A DNA stretch of 64,000 nucleotides from a virus: IMG/VR virus record IMGVR_UViG_3300021197_001787, positions 1 through 64,000 of that record. One strand, written 5' to 3'. Every line of letters begins with the position of its first letter. The first letter of the stretch is position 1. A program made the translations under genes and the position numbers. The notes below the pieces were generated by a model. The model made no database searches. It saw only the letters and a list, made by a program, of their open reading frames with translations, and was not told where the DNA came from. Positions 39,001 to 47,347 of the stretch are shown here, piece after piece.

Positions 39001-42000
39001 AACTTCAGTGGCACTACCAAGCCCGAAAAAACCTCCGGAATTCCCAATAAAGCCAAGTTCCTCATAAGAGCGATAGAAAGTTTCTGTGTCTTGGATATCG
39101 TTCGTAGACTTAAAGGTATGGTTTGCCGGCACATTCTCAATTTCATTTTTCAATTGCATTGCAATGGTTTTTGGATAGGCGCCATACTGTACGAGGTGCG
39201 GTGCATAAATACTATTTTCATCAGGATTGGTTGGGCTATAGGGTACATAAAAATCAACGTAGCGGGCTGCAGTAAAGATTCCACTTACTATAGTGTTTGT
39301 CCTATGACTTGTATAAGGGCGCCCCATAGTGTCAGACAACACCATATTTAACCAACCCCAGTCGCTAGCACGCTTGGTACCATCACCAAGCATATCGTTT
39401 TTGAAAGAACCTTCTAGTCCCATAAATGTGGTCTTTGCAGCAGCCGTTATAGAATCTCTGATTTGAGGAGGCTCGTAAGGTAAAATGCCATCGTCACATG
39501 TAGGATCGGGTGACATGATGGGTGGCATCTGCTCTTCAATGTGAGCTGCTAATCCTTTTTGGAAGATATCTCCAATGTCTTGCAATTCAGCCTTTAAAGT
39601 GTCACGGCCGGTGTCACACAAGCCTTGAATTTGTGCAGGTGTTGCTCTACCTTCAAGTAGTGCAGCGCGCTGATTACAAAACTCTTCAACTTCTTCAGGA
39701 GTTGCACAAATTGATGGATTAGCTGGCATCATATCATTGGGGTCTAAACGATTTCTAAAATCATTAAGCAGGTCCCTTGCTTCAAGGGGCATTAATTTAC
39801 CGATGTTACCAAAGAATGCACTAGCTTTTGCACGATTTCCAAAAGTACCTGCATATTCAGGATATTCAAACTCAATCAGACTTTCAATAACACCTAAGAA
39901 CGTACCAGAAGGTTCGCCGGCAATTGCGTCAACAAGTTCTTTTCGAGAAACAGCCGACGAAAGATCTTCTGCAAAGCTAAGCACCTTTTCTTTGTCCGCA
40001 AAAGCTTCTGCATCTTGACCAAAACTTTGGAAGATTCCTTGAATAGTCTCATTAACTTGTTCTTCATCGGCTTCAGGGCCACAGATAGACTCTTTTATTA
40101 CATCTCCAAACGTTTTATCTCCGCGGATCATAGCAGGAAGCGCCATGGCTATGTCACCGACAGTTTCCAAAGCTTTACAAATTGCATCTGCTAATAATTC
40201 ACACAGCCAAACCATTAAGCGCATAATAATTATAATAATAATTTGTTGTAAAATATACATTGCCAACCAAAATAAAAACGCTAAGATGTCACTTATTTTC
40301 GGTATCCATGCAAACAAGTTGTCTATTCTTGGCCACGCGATGGGATATGTATTTTTACAGAAAGGTAATGCTAGATCGCCCAAGAATTCAGCTAATGTTG
40401 GGTTGAATAAAGGAGGACGAGGGCAGTCAAGCGTAGCAATAATATAACCGATGATTGGGGCGCCCGGAAGCTTATCAAGCATTTTTACTAAATCAGTAAG
40501 GTTATCAGAGTATTCTTCTATTAAAGCGGCAACATAAGCCTGTAAAATGATGTTTGGGTCTAAATCAGCACCAACATTTTTAATTTGGCTGACCGCTGTG
40601 GCTCTAGAGAGTTGTGACTCAGCGCCGCCTTTAGGAGGTACGCCAGTAGGCGACATACCTGAAAGGGGTCCTTCTCTCATATAATTTCTTTTTTGTTCTT
40701 CAACCAGTCCCTTGTTTTCCCAAGGCTTTTCAATTTTTATACTTTTTGCAAAAAATGGTGCATTTTGTGGAACGGAGGAGCTGCCATCCCTGTTCCTTGT
40801 TTCAATAGAATCAGAAAGTCTTTGACCCGATGAACCTTCACTAAAAATATCACCGGAGGCTAGTTTCTGCTTAACCATAGCATCCATCTTTGCTTGTTTA
40901 TCAGGTGGAAGACCTATAAACAAAAAACCGAAATCTTCAATAGACATTGCCCTCAGCGCTGATCTGACAGCGGCCGCTAAGATTTCTTCAAAAGACAGAC
41001 CTTTAAATAAACATTCAATGACGTCAAGCATCATGTTATAAAGACCACAAAGCATTGTGGGGTCAAGGCCATCGCGGTGGATCTTATCTAACATATTCTG
41101 TTGGCTACCGCCAAAAATACTACTCATTCTGGCGCAGAGGCCCGCAAACAAGACGTCCTTTTCTTTAATTTCTAAAAAGGCTTGCTCTTGAGCATATTGA
41201 AAAATATTCTTTTCTCTTTTTTCGCGCGATAAATTAGGGTTAGCCCCAGGATCATCTATTTTCCCAATATTGAATTCTTCATCTAAAAAGTCTTTGTAAT
41301 CTCCCAAGCACAAAGACTTGTGAAATTGGGAAGCCAATGCATCAGCCATCCCAAAAATATCATCTTTAATATCTTCTCCAAGCTGTTTAAATTCTCCTTC
41401 TAGGGCATCTCCGATACAGCCCACGATTGTTCTTTCGCTTTCTGTATCATCAGAGTTAGAGATTTTAATTGGATCATGTGTTTTAGAACTTTTAACTGTT
41501 GGGTATGTATGATCAATTATGAAGTCAAGCCAAGGTCTTGGTTGACGTGCCAGAATATCTCTAATCATATCATTTTGTTTAGCAAAATATGCAACTGCTG
41601 TTGGATCACTCCACGCTTGCCTGTTGGTTAATGATGATAACCTATCTTGTTTAAAAATAACCGGTGGGCAGCCGCTTTCAGCATGCACTCTCATAATTTT
41701 TAATTTATAATCATGCGAGAAAACAAAATCTATTTTAGAAGCCACATCCCAATTTGAATTAAAAAAGGTTACTATTGGAAAAAGAGTAATGTTATATCTG
41801 TCTAGGAAATCAGTAAGTTCAGGTATAAGTCGTTCAGTTATAGAATTACCGAATGGGGCTGAATCACCATATAGGTCCAGGTTGAATACCCCACCTTTCA
41901 CAAACAACACATTCTTGCCTTCAAGAGCGCGGTAGACTTTTAAATTACTAGAATAAAAATCTAATGTTCTTCGGATTCTTTTCATATTAGACATAATCTT

Positions 42001-42549
42001 TGGACCTATTACGGTCACTTCAACATCAGATTCGTCCATAGCCTCATCTTCTTGAGGGGGAGCATCTGCTAGTTTATCAATTACATCAAAAGGCACAGAA
42101 TATAAAAACTTAAGGTGGGACATTGGGCGGACATCTAAATCCCAGTCAGTCCATTCCATAGAATCTACTATTTTTTCAATCGTAGCTTTCGTTATATCCT
42201 TGTTATAGTAACGAGCAAGAGCTTCCGCGGCGTTATCTTTAAACGCGTCAGAGCGTTCTTTTAGGGCTATTTCGGCTTGCTCATCCGTGGCGTTTGGGCC
42301 ATATTTTTCAAAAGCGCCAGTATCAGTGAACGGAGTAGCATATGAAATTTGATATAAGCATCTTCTTTCATTTAAAAAAGGGTCATTCTTGCCTCTTGAA
42401 CGCCATCGTGGTACCAAGGCAGTTGGCTTTGGTAAACACGAAGGACATTTAGCCTCTTCTATCGGCTTTTCAGGCTCACAAACATCTGACAACCCGTCAT
42501 TGTTTTTATCTTGAAATTTTAAATATTTTGATACTTCCCATTCAGACAT
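36076..42549 (-). CDS. Very large putative tail/baseplate hub protein (2157 aa) with an internal hydrophobic segment
   Basis: Lies between the spike-like genes and gp25; DKNNDGLSD motif, Cys-rich patches, ILAFLFWLAMYILQQIIIIIIMRLMVWLC. Confidence 0.6.
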   Translation of the reverse strand: MSEWEVSKYLKFQDKNNDGLSDVCEPEKPIEEAKCPSCLPKPTALVPRWRSRGKNDPFLNERRCLYQISYATPFTDTGAFEKYGPNATDEQAEIALKERSDAFKDNAAEALARYYNKDITKATIEKIVDSMEWTDWDLDVRPMSHLKFLYSVPFDVIDKLADAPPQEDEAMDESDVEVTVIGPKIMSNMKRIRRTLDFYSSNLKVYRALEGKNVLFVKGGVFNLDLYGDSAPFGNSITERLIPELTDFLDRYNITLFPIVTFFNSNWDVASKIDFVFSHDYKLKIMRVHAESGCPPVIFKQDRLSSLTNRQAWSDPTAVAYFAKQNDMIRDILARQPRPWLDFIIDHTYPTVKSSKTHDPIKISNSDDTESERTIVGCIGDALEGEFKQLGEDIKDDIFGMADALASQFHKSLCLGDYKDFLDEEFNIGKIDDPGANPNLSREKREKNIFQYAQEQAFLEIKEKDVLFAGLCARMSSIFGGSQQNMLDKIHRDGLDPTMLCGLYNMMLDVIECLFKGLSFEEILAAAVRSALRAMSIEDFGFLFIGLPPDKQAKMDAMVKQKLASGDIFSEGSSGQRLSDSIETRNRDGSSSVPQNAPFFAKSIKIEKPWENKGLVEEQKRNYMREGPLSGMSPTGVPPKGGAESQLSRATAVSQIKNVGADLDPNIILQAYVAALIEEYSDNLTDLVKMLDKLPGAPIIGYIIATLDCPRPPLFNPTLAEFLGDLALPFCKNTYPIAWPRIDNLFAWIPKISDILAFLFWLAMYILQQIIIIIIMRLMVWLCELLADAICKALETVGDIAMALPAMIRGDKTFGDVIKESICGPEADEEQVNETIQGIFQSFGQDAEAFADKEKVLSFAEDLSSAVSRKELVDAIAGEPSGTFLGVIESLIEFEYPEYAGTFGNRAKASAFFGNIGKLMPLEARDLLNDFRNRLDPNDMMPANPSICATPEEVEEFCNQRAALLEGRATPAQIQGLCDTGRDTLKAELQDIGDIFQKGLAAHIEEQMPPIMSPDPTCDDGILPYEPPQIRDSITAAAKTTFMGLEGSFKNDMLGDGTKRASDWGWLNMVLSDTMGRPYTSHRTNTIVSGIFTAARYVDFYVPYSPTNPDENSIYAPHLVQYGAYPKTIAMQLKNEIENVPANHTFKSTNDIQDTETFYRSYEELGFIGNSGGFFGLGSATEVDVELTILPDYGYNVKPVVEWASSRVKFIKYARKKSPDLFLSYRDGGPFGTPETANNHTMYSYGFDLQLFTSDIKKQDGSFFQRSGDTTRMIVDKTVNLAFSSMGDSAFAAGETDDEGGAGSDTKSMQWQEYEFIAKDRTLENPLVNSGVYPNFDRSLVDPVGVVTPQVTLLNDMIYKESGDLIATGQLESVYNEVMNKIFTVVAADIAANKPAFTYGAPLDTITKKQLEYGFKEGAEFIPLFDYIARERSRDGNWKMSSLPFGISRMQYDEEELDGPTNRVVYLNPAEYGGKNWNPPFYVKPPPASGWVGVAQALFPESSPCEPRGKSFIDFEDVKDSVEASYSKIAEDKRLQKDPNCTSEKPYNRILHRGPKSNIEGVVKAACKVFAGMEMLKGFPVFSKFYPDFKNNYSNLYAAYIVEVMEEELKDAQNDVLELFTPFKDDEFWYAFLEQAVQTYARLLETGDIREPSDSIIAALQRLENFEQAYSVPSRLDFINGKAIGDTSPKETFKNYRYEKVLEAVLATEDDAKIILAEFVSIELESLGNNLITCLEKAQMEDINSIHRNLGYYVLQNLSLNTNLQLNKEIKEELIDFPTEEGSSFYTNGGELIYEDGVPYIGYYHSHRNEEGKIVFMEGEEHSDLREHEVLHPLANRIKLPIGTINSLVPRGLDTTLPFLAETYLNINGQEYSVEAGMAKLRANPYQDKNISDVYPGTMELIIAEDGPNKGQAIGTKGHMGVRYGLKLSIIRGRSRSVVVRTEVDTLDIPLGRIQPLEPDSKLMFCLINNLIDEPSFKLLTEYALSLPKILSTMAIYSSLGFVSSIGEIQNSINQEDISQKPGRYVTTYRDEENRVNYTAFDGADGWATKKQRYPGYARGYGYGYLHFDRWNRSELSKTKAKLKGLFKGNYFVRRFDPSKDVKNGGFGLQEFSKVSSRGPGKSIFASSSFLRHLPWWKQKMLRSNPYDANGNICKKS

Positions 42550-42559
42550 TATAATACCT

Positions 42560-43588
42560 TTAAGTGCTTCTCACGCTGCGGCTTCCAATAAATTTGTAAC
42601 CTGCGTGATCTAAGTAATCAAATTCGACTGGCATTTTTTGAGCACGAGATTGATAAATTGGGTTATCAACTAAAAAGCCAATAAAGCTAAGTACCAAAGA
42701 CGCCATCATTGCGCCTAAAGAAGCCTGCCCAGTAGCTGCTGGGTTACCCAATAAAATTGTGTATGTGCTAGGTAACGTTACGATTACACCGGCCAAACCC
42801 TTGACCAACATACTTAAATTTAAAACAGCAGAATAAACGTCATCTAGGAGTGCGCTTGATTCTTTGAGATAGTCGCGAATGTTGTACGCTTTTACGATAG
42901 GTTGTAGATCTAAAATAGTCTCCGGCATATCCCAAGGGTTCCAAGTTACACGATCTCCGTTAACATTACCACATATAATGTCAACTCCGCCGGCCACCGG
43001 GAGTTTGCCACCTTTAGAGGTTTTTTCTACTGGTTTCCAGTTTTGGCCCGGGCCAGTACATATTTTTATACCTGAACGGCCGATGATTCTTGTTTGATCT
43101 GATTTAATAGCAACTGTAGAAACACCCTTTGGATTGCCTACAATGCCTTCTGATAAGCCAAAGTTTAGGTCAACATCGGTTGTCTCACATATATAAATTC
43201 TTGCAGCGTCACCTTGAAAGTTATTGTCGACATAAGTGCCAGGACGTACACCATCACCATCATTTGCGGACGCTAGACGGCCCACTACTAAATCAATACG
43301 GCTTGAGCCAATACTCTTGTCCTGAAGCCCAACCAAGCCTCTAGCACCATATCCAGACCCTCTAGAATCCGGACGGTCAAGACCCAGCGTAATGGAGGCG
43401 CCACCGGGATTGGCAAAAATTGTTTCGTTTGAGGCATATTTATAAATGACTTTTGGAGATCCTTTTGGATCAGAATTCAAAATTCCTGCTTCTGCGAGGC
43501 CTTCATTAATTAATTTTTCTAATTCTTTGCGGGGCTTACCATTTCTTTTTGTGTAAGAACTGCTACCTTTCGGATTTGCTTTTTTCAT
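42560..43588 (-). CDS. Putative baseplate spike / gp5 C-terminal-like protein
   Basis: Short beta-strand repeats (SRIDLVVG, AARIYI, VAIKSDQTRIIGRSGIKI) followed by a hydrophobic helical C-terminus; follows the OB-M23 gene. Confidence 0.45.
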   Translation of the reverse strand: MKKANPKGSSSYTKRNGKPRKELEKLINEGLAEAGILNSDPKGSPKVIYKYASNETIFANPGGASITLGLDRPDSRGSGYGARGLVGLQDKSIGSSRIDLVVGRLASANDGDGVRPGTYVDNNFQGDAARIYICETTDVDLNFGLSEGIVGNPKGVSTVAIKSDQTRIIGRSGIKICTGPGQNWKPVEKTSKGGKLPVAGGVDIICGNVNGDRVTWNPWDMPETILDLQPIVKAYNIRDYLKESSALLDDVYSAVLNLSMLVKGLAGVIVTLPSTYTILLGNPAATGQASLGAMMASLVLSFIGFLVDNPIYQSRAQKMPVEFDYLDHAGYKFIGSRSVRST

Positions 43589-43600
43589 TAAATTTCCTTT

Positions 43601-44710
43601 TTATGTGGTTTGCTGTTGACCTGCTGGGCTGGCGCCTGCAGCAATGTTTTTTTCAATATACTGCACTGGATCTACTTTCTTGCCATTTTGCGTAACTGTT
43701 AAGTGAAGATGAACGCCGGTGCTAGAGCCTGTAGTACCCATACGGCCAATTAATTGACCTGCAGTTACCTGATTGCCGGGTTGAACTTCAGGTTTAACAA
43801 GGTGAGCATAAATTGATTTGTCGCCATTCGCATGTTTTATTTCAACAAAATTACCATAGCCGGCACCACACTTCATGTCACCAGCAACACAGCCGGTCTT
43901 TGTACGAGTGATTGTGCCTGCGGCAATAGCGTATATCGGGGCGCCGCGGGGGCCACTATAGTCAGTGCCACCGTGAAATTGATCACCTTTTTTCTTACCA
44001 TGCGGATCAGTTCTATAACCAAAATTACTAGTAATATTATTGGAGCGGGTTGCATATCCAACTTTGTCTAAAGCTTGAGTAATCTCTACAGCAGTTAACT
44101 CGCCTAAAGTAGCACCGAAATCTAAGCCGGCGTCGGCCAGACATTTGTTGTTTAACAAAGTCTTTTCATTAAAATATTGATCTGGCTTAGTGATAACAGA
44201 AATAAATTTTCCAACCTCAAGATTATAACCAAATTGATTCTGCTCAAGTTCTACTAAAACTACACTGCCTTTTGTTGGCAAATCTTTTTTTGTTGAGCCG
44301 AAATCATCTGTCGACATGAAAAGTGTGTGCATAGAAATTAATTTAAAAACAGAGTCTGCCGGCAAATCAGCAGAAATCTCATCTGTACAAGGATCTGGCA
44401 AAAATGAATGGGGCGAATTTGCTCCAATAATTCTAGCTCTGAAAGCAATAATCCCAATTTTATTTAGTGCTCCATCTTTGCCACTTTGTTCATCTTCCGA
44501 CTTCGAACTGGGTGTGTCAGGCTTTGGGACACCGGTAAATAAACCTGCTTGCGCGGTATTGTAAGGGACAGGGGCACTTAATACAATTGCCGGGAATTGA
44601 TTCTTACCAGCATATGCATCGTATTGAAAAATGCTACGCATCGCTTGAGACCATATCTCATCTGCTGACGTTAATAAATCATCAAAGTCAAAAAGGTCTC
44701 GTAAACTCAC
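43601..44710 (-). CDS. Tail-associated peptidoglycan hydrolase: gp5-like OB-fold N-terminus plus M23 metallopeptidase
   Basis: M23 zinc motifs HGGTD and HLH, with ITSNFGYR, GYGNFVEIKH, YAHL; N-terminal FRARII..LPTKGSVVLVE resembles the gp5/VgrG OB fold. Confidence 0.85.
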   Translation of the reverse strand: MSLRDLFDFDDLLTSADEIWSQAMRSIFQYDAYAGKNQFPAIVLSAPVPYNTAQAGLFTGVPKPDTPSSKSEDEQSGKDGALNKIGIIAFRARIIGANSPHSFLPDPCTDEISADLPADSVFKLISMHTLFMSTDDFGSTKKDLPTKGSVVLVELEQNQFGYNLEVGKFISVITKPDQYFNEKTLLNNKCLADAGLDFGATLGELTAVEITQALDKVGYATRSNNITSNFGYRTDPHGKKKGDQFHGGTDYSGPRGAPIYAIAAGTITRTKTGCVAGDMKCGAGYGNFVEIKHANGDKSIYAHLVKPEVQPGNQVTAGQLIGRMGTTGSSTGVHLHLTVTQNGKKVDPVQYIEKNIAAGASPAGQQQTT

Positions 44711-45000
44711 GCTGTATCCTCTTGAATCATATCAAATAAGCTTGCCTTGTCTTCTTCGCTTAGGCCTATATCTTGCGAAGTTTGCTTTTGTTTAATTGAG
44801 ATTATTTTTACTAATTGCTCATTTGAGCGCTGCATAGTCTCTACATGCTTTGCTGCGACTGGGGAAAGAGAACGATTGTTATCGGAATCCCGGGCAATTT
44901 CGTTTGCAAGTTCATTTAAAAATTCTCTGGCAAGTTTCCGATCATTACGGATATTATCCAGAGCCTCATCAACTAAATTATTTAAATCTCTTTCGCTCAC
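44707..45000 (-). CDS. Hypothetical alpha-helical/coiled-coil protein
   Basis: GTG at 45000 overlaps the sigma-factor stop (GTGA), preferred over the ORF-track start at 45018. Confidence 0.7.
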   Translation of the reverse strand: MSERDLNNLVDEALDNIRNDRKLAREFLNELANEIARDSDNNRSLSPVAAKHVETMQRSNEQLVKIISIKQKQTSQDIGLSEEDKASLFDMIQEDTA

Positions 45001-45755
45001 AGCGCGCCACTCTCCCAATCTTTTTTAAAGCCTCTATACAAAACACGAAATTTGTTAAGTGAACTAACAACCTGTTTGGTATTAAGACCGGTGATTTCTC
45101 GCAGATATAAATAAATAGCTTTTTTATTAAAAATTTCAATTTCATCTTTTGATTCAAAAAGAATTATTATTGCTTGATGAACTTTTTGGTCGTTAGCTCT
45201 CATCTTTGAGACATCCCAAGTTTTTAATTGATTGTAGAAAGAGTCCCAAAATTCTTTTTCTAATTTATCAGTTAGCCATGATTGCTGTGTTGAGAGATAT
45301 TCTTCTTCGTAGTTCTTTGGTACTGCGTCATAATCAACCTCTCTTTTTTGTCGCTTTTGTTGTTTCTTAACTTTATGAATAAACCAATTCTTGGTAATAA
45401 CACTAAAGTATGAGAAAGCTTTATAGCCTTTATCAGGATCGTACTTATCTAGAATGGTCATGAGCCACACTTTACACTCATCTCTTAAGTAATCAATGTT
45501 TGGTAATGTTGTAAATTTATATGTGAAAACAATTTTATCAACCATTTCATCAAATGCTGGCTCTAAATACTGAATGTATAATTCAGTCCTTATGCGAACA
45601 CAATTTGTTTTGCAGTATTTCACAACCGCATCTTCGTGCTCTTTGGTAAAGTAATATTTTTTTGGCTTTGCGGCCTTCTTCTTTGTTTTCTTATTCGTCT
45701 GCTTGTTCGTCGTCTGTGTTTTCAAAATCTGGTTCCTCTGTTTCTTTTTCTTCAC
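44997..45755 (-). CDS. Phage-encoded sigma factor, T4 gp55-like (late transcription)
   Basis: Region-2 pattern DYLRDECKVWLMTILDKYDPDKGYKAFSYFSVITKNWFIHKVKKQQK parallels gp55-family FDPEKSxNPFAYFTQIxxxAFxxRIxKE; N-terminal YFTKE..DAVVKY; start codon uncertain. Confidence 0.72.
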   Translation of the reverse strand: MKKKKQRNQILKTQTTNKQTNKKTKKKAAKPKKYYFTKEHEDAVVKYCKTNCVRIRTELYIQYLEPAFDEMVDKIVFTYKFTTLPNIDYLRDECKVWLMTILDKYDPDKGYKAFSYFSVITKNWFIHKVKKQQKRQKREVDYDAVPKNYEEEYLSTQQSWLTDKLEKEFWDSFYNQLKTWDVSKMRANDQKVHQAIIILFESKDEIEIFNKKAIYLYLREITGLNTKQVVSSLNKFRVLYRGFKKDWESGAL

Positions 45756-46044
45756 TGGTTAGCGAATAAATCACTTCAAACGTCTCAAGCTGCTCGTTAA
45801 AAGAGACAGCATGGTCCATCAGACTTTGTAAAGTCTGATCTCCATAAAACATTTCTAAATTATAAACTTCACTAATATGTTTGGAAAAATTATTTACCAT
45901 ATCTTGTAAATCTCCCAGCTCATCAGATACAAACAACAATCGTGATAAAACGTTGCGTACATATGTGAATAGGCCAATGTTTCCTATTATTGATAAAGTT
46001 AATATCAATGTTAATATAATTTCAAGACGGGTCATAATTTTCAC
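45691..46044 (-). CDS. Hypothetical membrane-anchored coiled-coil protein
   Basis: N-terminal TM LEIILTLILTLSIIGNIGLF followed by heptads and an acidic tail. Confidence 0.7.
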   Translation of the reverse strand: MKIMTRLEIILTLILTLSIIGNIGLFTYVRNVLSRLLFVSDELGDLQDMVNNFSKHISEVYNLEMFYGDQTLQSLMDHAVSFNEQLETFEVIYSLTSEEKETEEPDFENTDDEQADE

Positions 46045-46282
46045 TCTTTGAAGATTCTTTTAAATCTTCTAATATTTCTTTGTTAGCTTCAATATATTCT
46101 TTTGTAATATTGCCAACAGATTCTTTTTGTTTCTTTTTGCTACTAATTTTAAAAGGTTTAGTCAAAAGCTTTGATATTTCATATGATTCACAAGAAGTGC
46201 AAGTTTCTTGTTTTTCACTAAAAGGGTGAATAACCATAAATTCATGCATACAAGTGTGGCACATATAGCGATATCTGGGCAT
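46022..46282 (-). CDS. FmdB-family zinc-ribbon protein
   Basis: MPRYRYMCHTCMHEF...CTSCES. Confidence 0.8.
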   Translation of the reverse strand: MPRYRYMCHTCMHEFMVIHPFSEKQETCTSCESYEISKLLTKPFKISSKKKQKESVGNITKEYIEANKEILEDLKESSKSENYDPS

Positions 46283-46500
46283 TACTTAACCATTTTTAAT
46301 AGGTCATCTTCAGTGATTGCGGAATCGTTAGACATTCTAACTGTAGGCGGGTTTGATACGATAAGCCCGTCTTCTCCGTCAATCAACTCAAAGCCTTTAA
46401 GAATTGGTACAATGTCCAATTCATTTAGTAATGACTCTTGAAGAGCCATCATCACGGCTCCGAGGGCCTGATTTGATAGTTTGTGTGTAGGTGTGTTCAT
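46282..46500 (-). CDS. Hypothetical protein (72 aa)
   Basis: Tightly coupled ORF on the coding strand. Confidence 0.7.
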   Translation of the reverse strand: MNTPTHKLSNQALGAVMMALQESLLNELDIVPILKGFELIDGEDGLIVSNPPTVRMSNDSAITEDDLLKMVK

Positions 46501-46501
46501 T

Positions 46502-47347
46502 TTAATTTTCCTCCGAAATTGCTCTACCTTTTAGTTGTTCCCAGTCTCTCTCTGGGCGTACTTCTAAATTCTTTTTCCATGCAGCCGACAAGACATCGGC
46601 TGACACCCCAAGTTGTGATGCAAAAAATATTAATGCATTTATGTCTTTAGGGAAACAGGAGCCGCCAAAGCCTGAACGTCCGTCCGGGCCTGGGGTTGTA
46701 AAGTGGGATTTACCAAGTCGTTCATCATACAATGCGTATTCAACCACTTTGTCATAATCAACGTCAGCTTGGTCACAAATTTGTTTAAACTCGTTTGCGA
46801 AACTTACCTTAGTGGCCAGGAAGCAATTAGTAAAATACTTAACTGATTCCGCGGTGTTAGAACCGGTTTTAATAATTGGTACATCTTGAAAAACTTTAAT
46901 AAACATGTTTTTAACGATAGTTGAAGCTGGCCGCGGCCCACCAATAATTATTCTATTTTGATTTTTAAAATCTTCGATATAATTAGCTTCTGTTAGGAAC
47001 TCAGGGTTGAACACAACTTGGATATTATTACATGTTTTATTAAACGCCCTAGTGGTGCCGGGGGGTACAGTAGATTTAATAACAACTATGTTTTCAAGTT
47101 TGTAAGAATTTATTTCATTGACTACAGATTCTAAAATTGTTAAGTCGCAGGATCCGTCTTTTTTCATAGGCGTGGGGAGGCAAACAAAAACAATTTTAGC
47201 ATATTCGCAAACTTGTAGCATGTTAACACAATTAGATTTTTTATCTAAAAATTTATCATAAGTATACACCTGAAAGTGTTCTTTTAAACCTTCAGATGTA
47301 GCAGTTCCTACAAAGCCTTGTCCAATGATTCCTATATTATTGTTCAT
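46502..47347 (-). CDS. UDP-glucose/GDP-mannose 6-dehydrogenase family protein lacking the C-terminal domain
   Basis: GQGFVG, LPTP, KSTVPPG, NPEFL, ESVKYFTN, catalytic GFGGSCFPKD; 281 aa. Confidence 0.88.
   Translation of the reverse strand: MNNNIGIIGQGFVGTATSEGLKEHFQVYTYDKFLDKKSNCVNMLQVCEYAKIVFVCLPTPMKKDGSCDLTILESVVNEINSYKLENIVVIKSTVPPGTTRAFNKTCNNIQVVFNPEFLTEANYIEDFKNQNRIIIGGPRPASTIVKNMFIKVFQDVPIIKTGSNTAESVKYFTNCFLATKVSFANEFKQICDQADVDYDKVVEYALYDERLGKSHFTTPGPDGRSGFGGSCFPKDINALIFFASQLGVSADVLSAAWKKNLEVRPERDWEQLKGRAISEEN

Noticed and set aside
45106-45113. Exact T4 late promoter TATAAATA on the plus strand
   Set aside because: Points away from all genes and lies inside the sigma-factor CDS; AT-rich chance match (it overlaps a minus-strand CTATTTA at 45112-45118 of uncertain relevance)
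46502-47347. Assigning the dehydrogenase as WbpA/WecC-type UDP-GlcNAc/ManNAc dehydrogenase to complete a WbpA-B-E pathway
   Set aside because: The active-site motif GFGGSCFPKD is UDP-glucose-dehydrogenase type rather than GVGGHCI type; substrate left open
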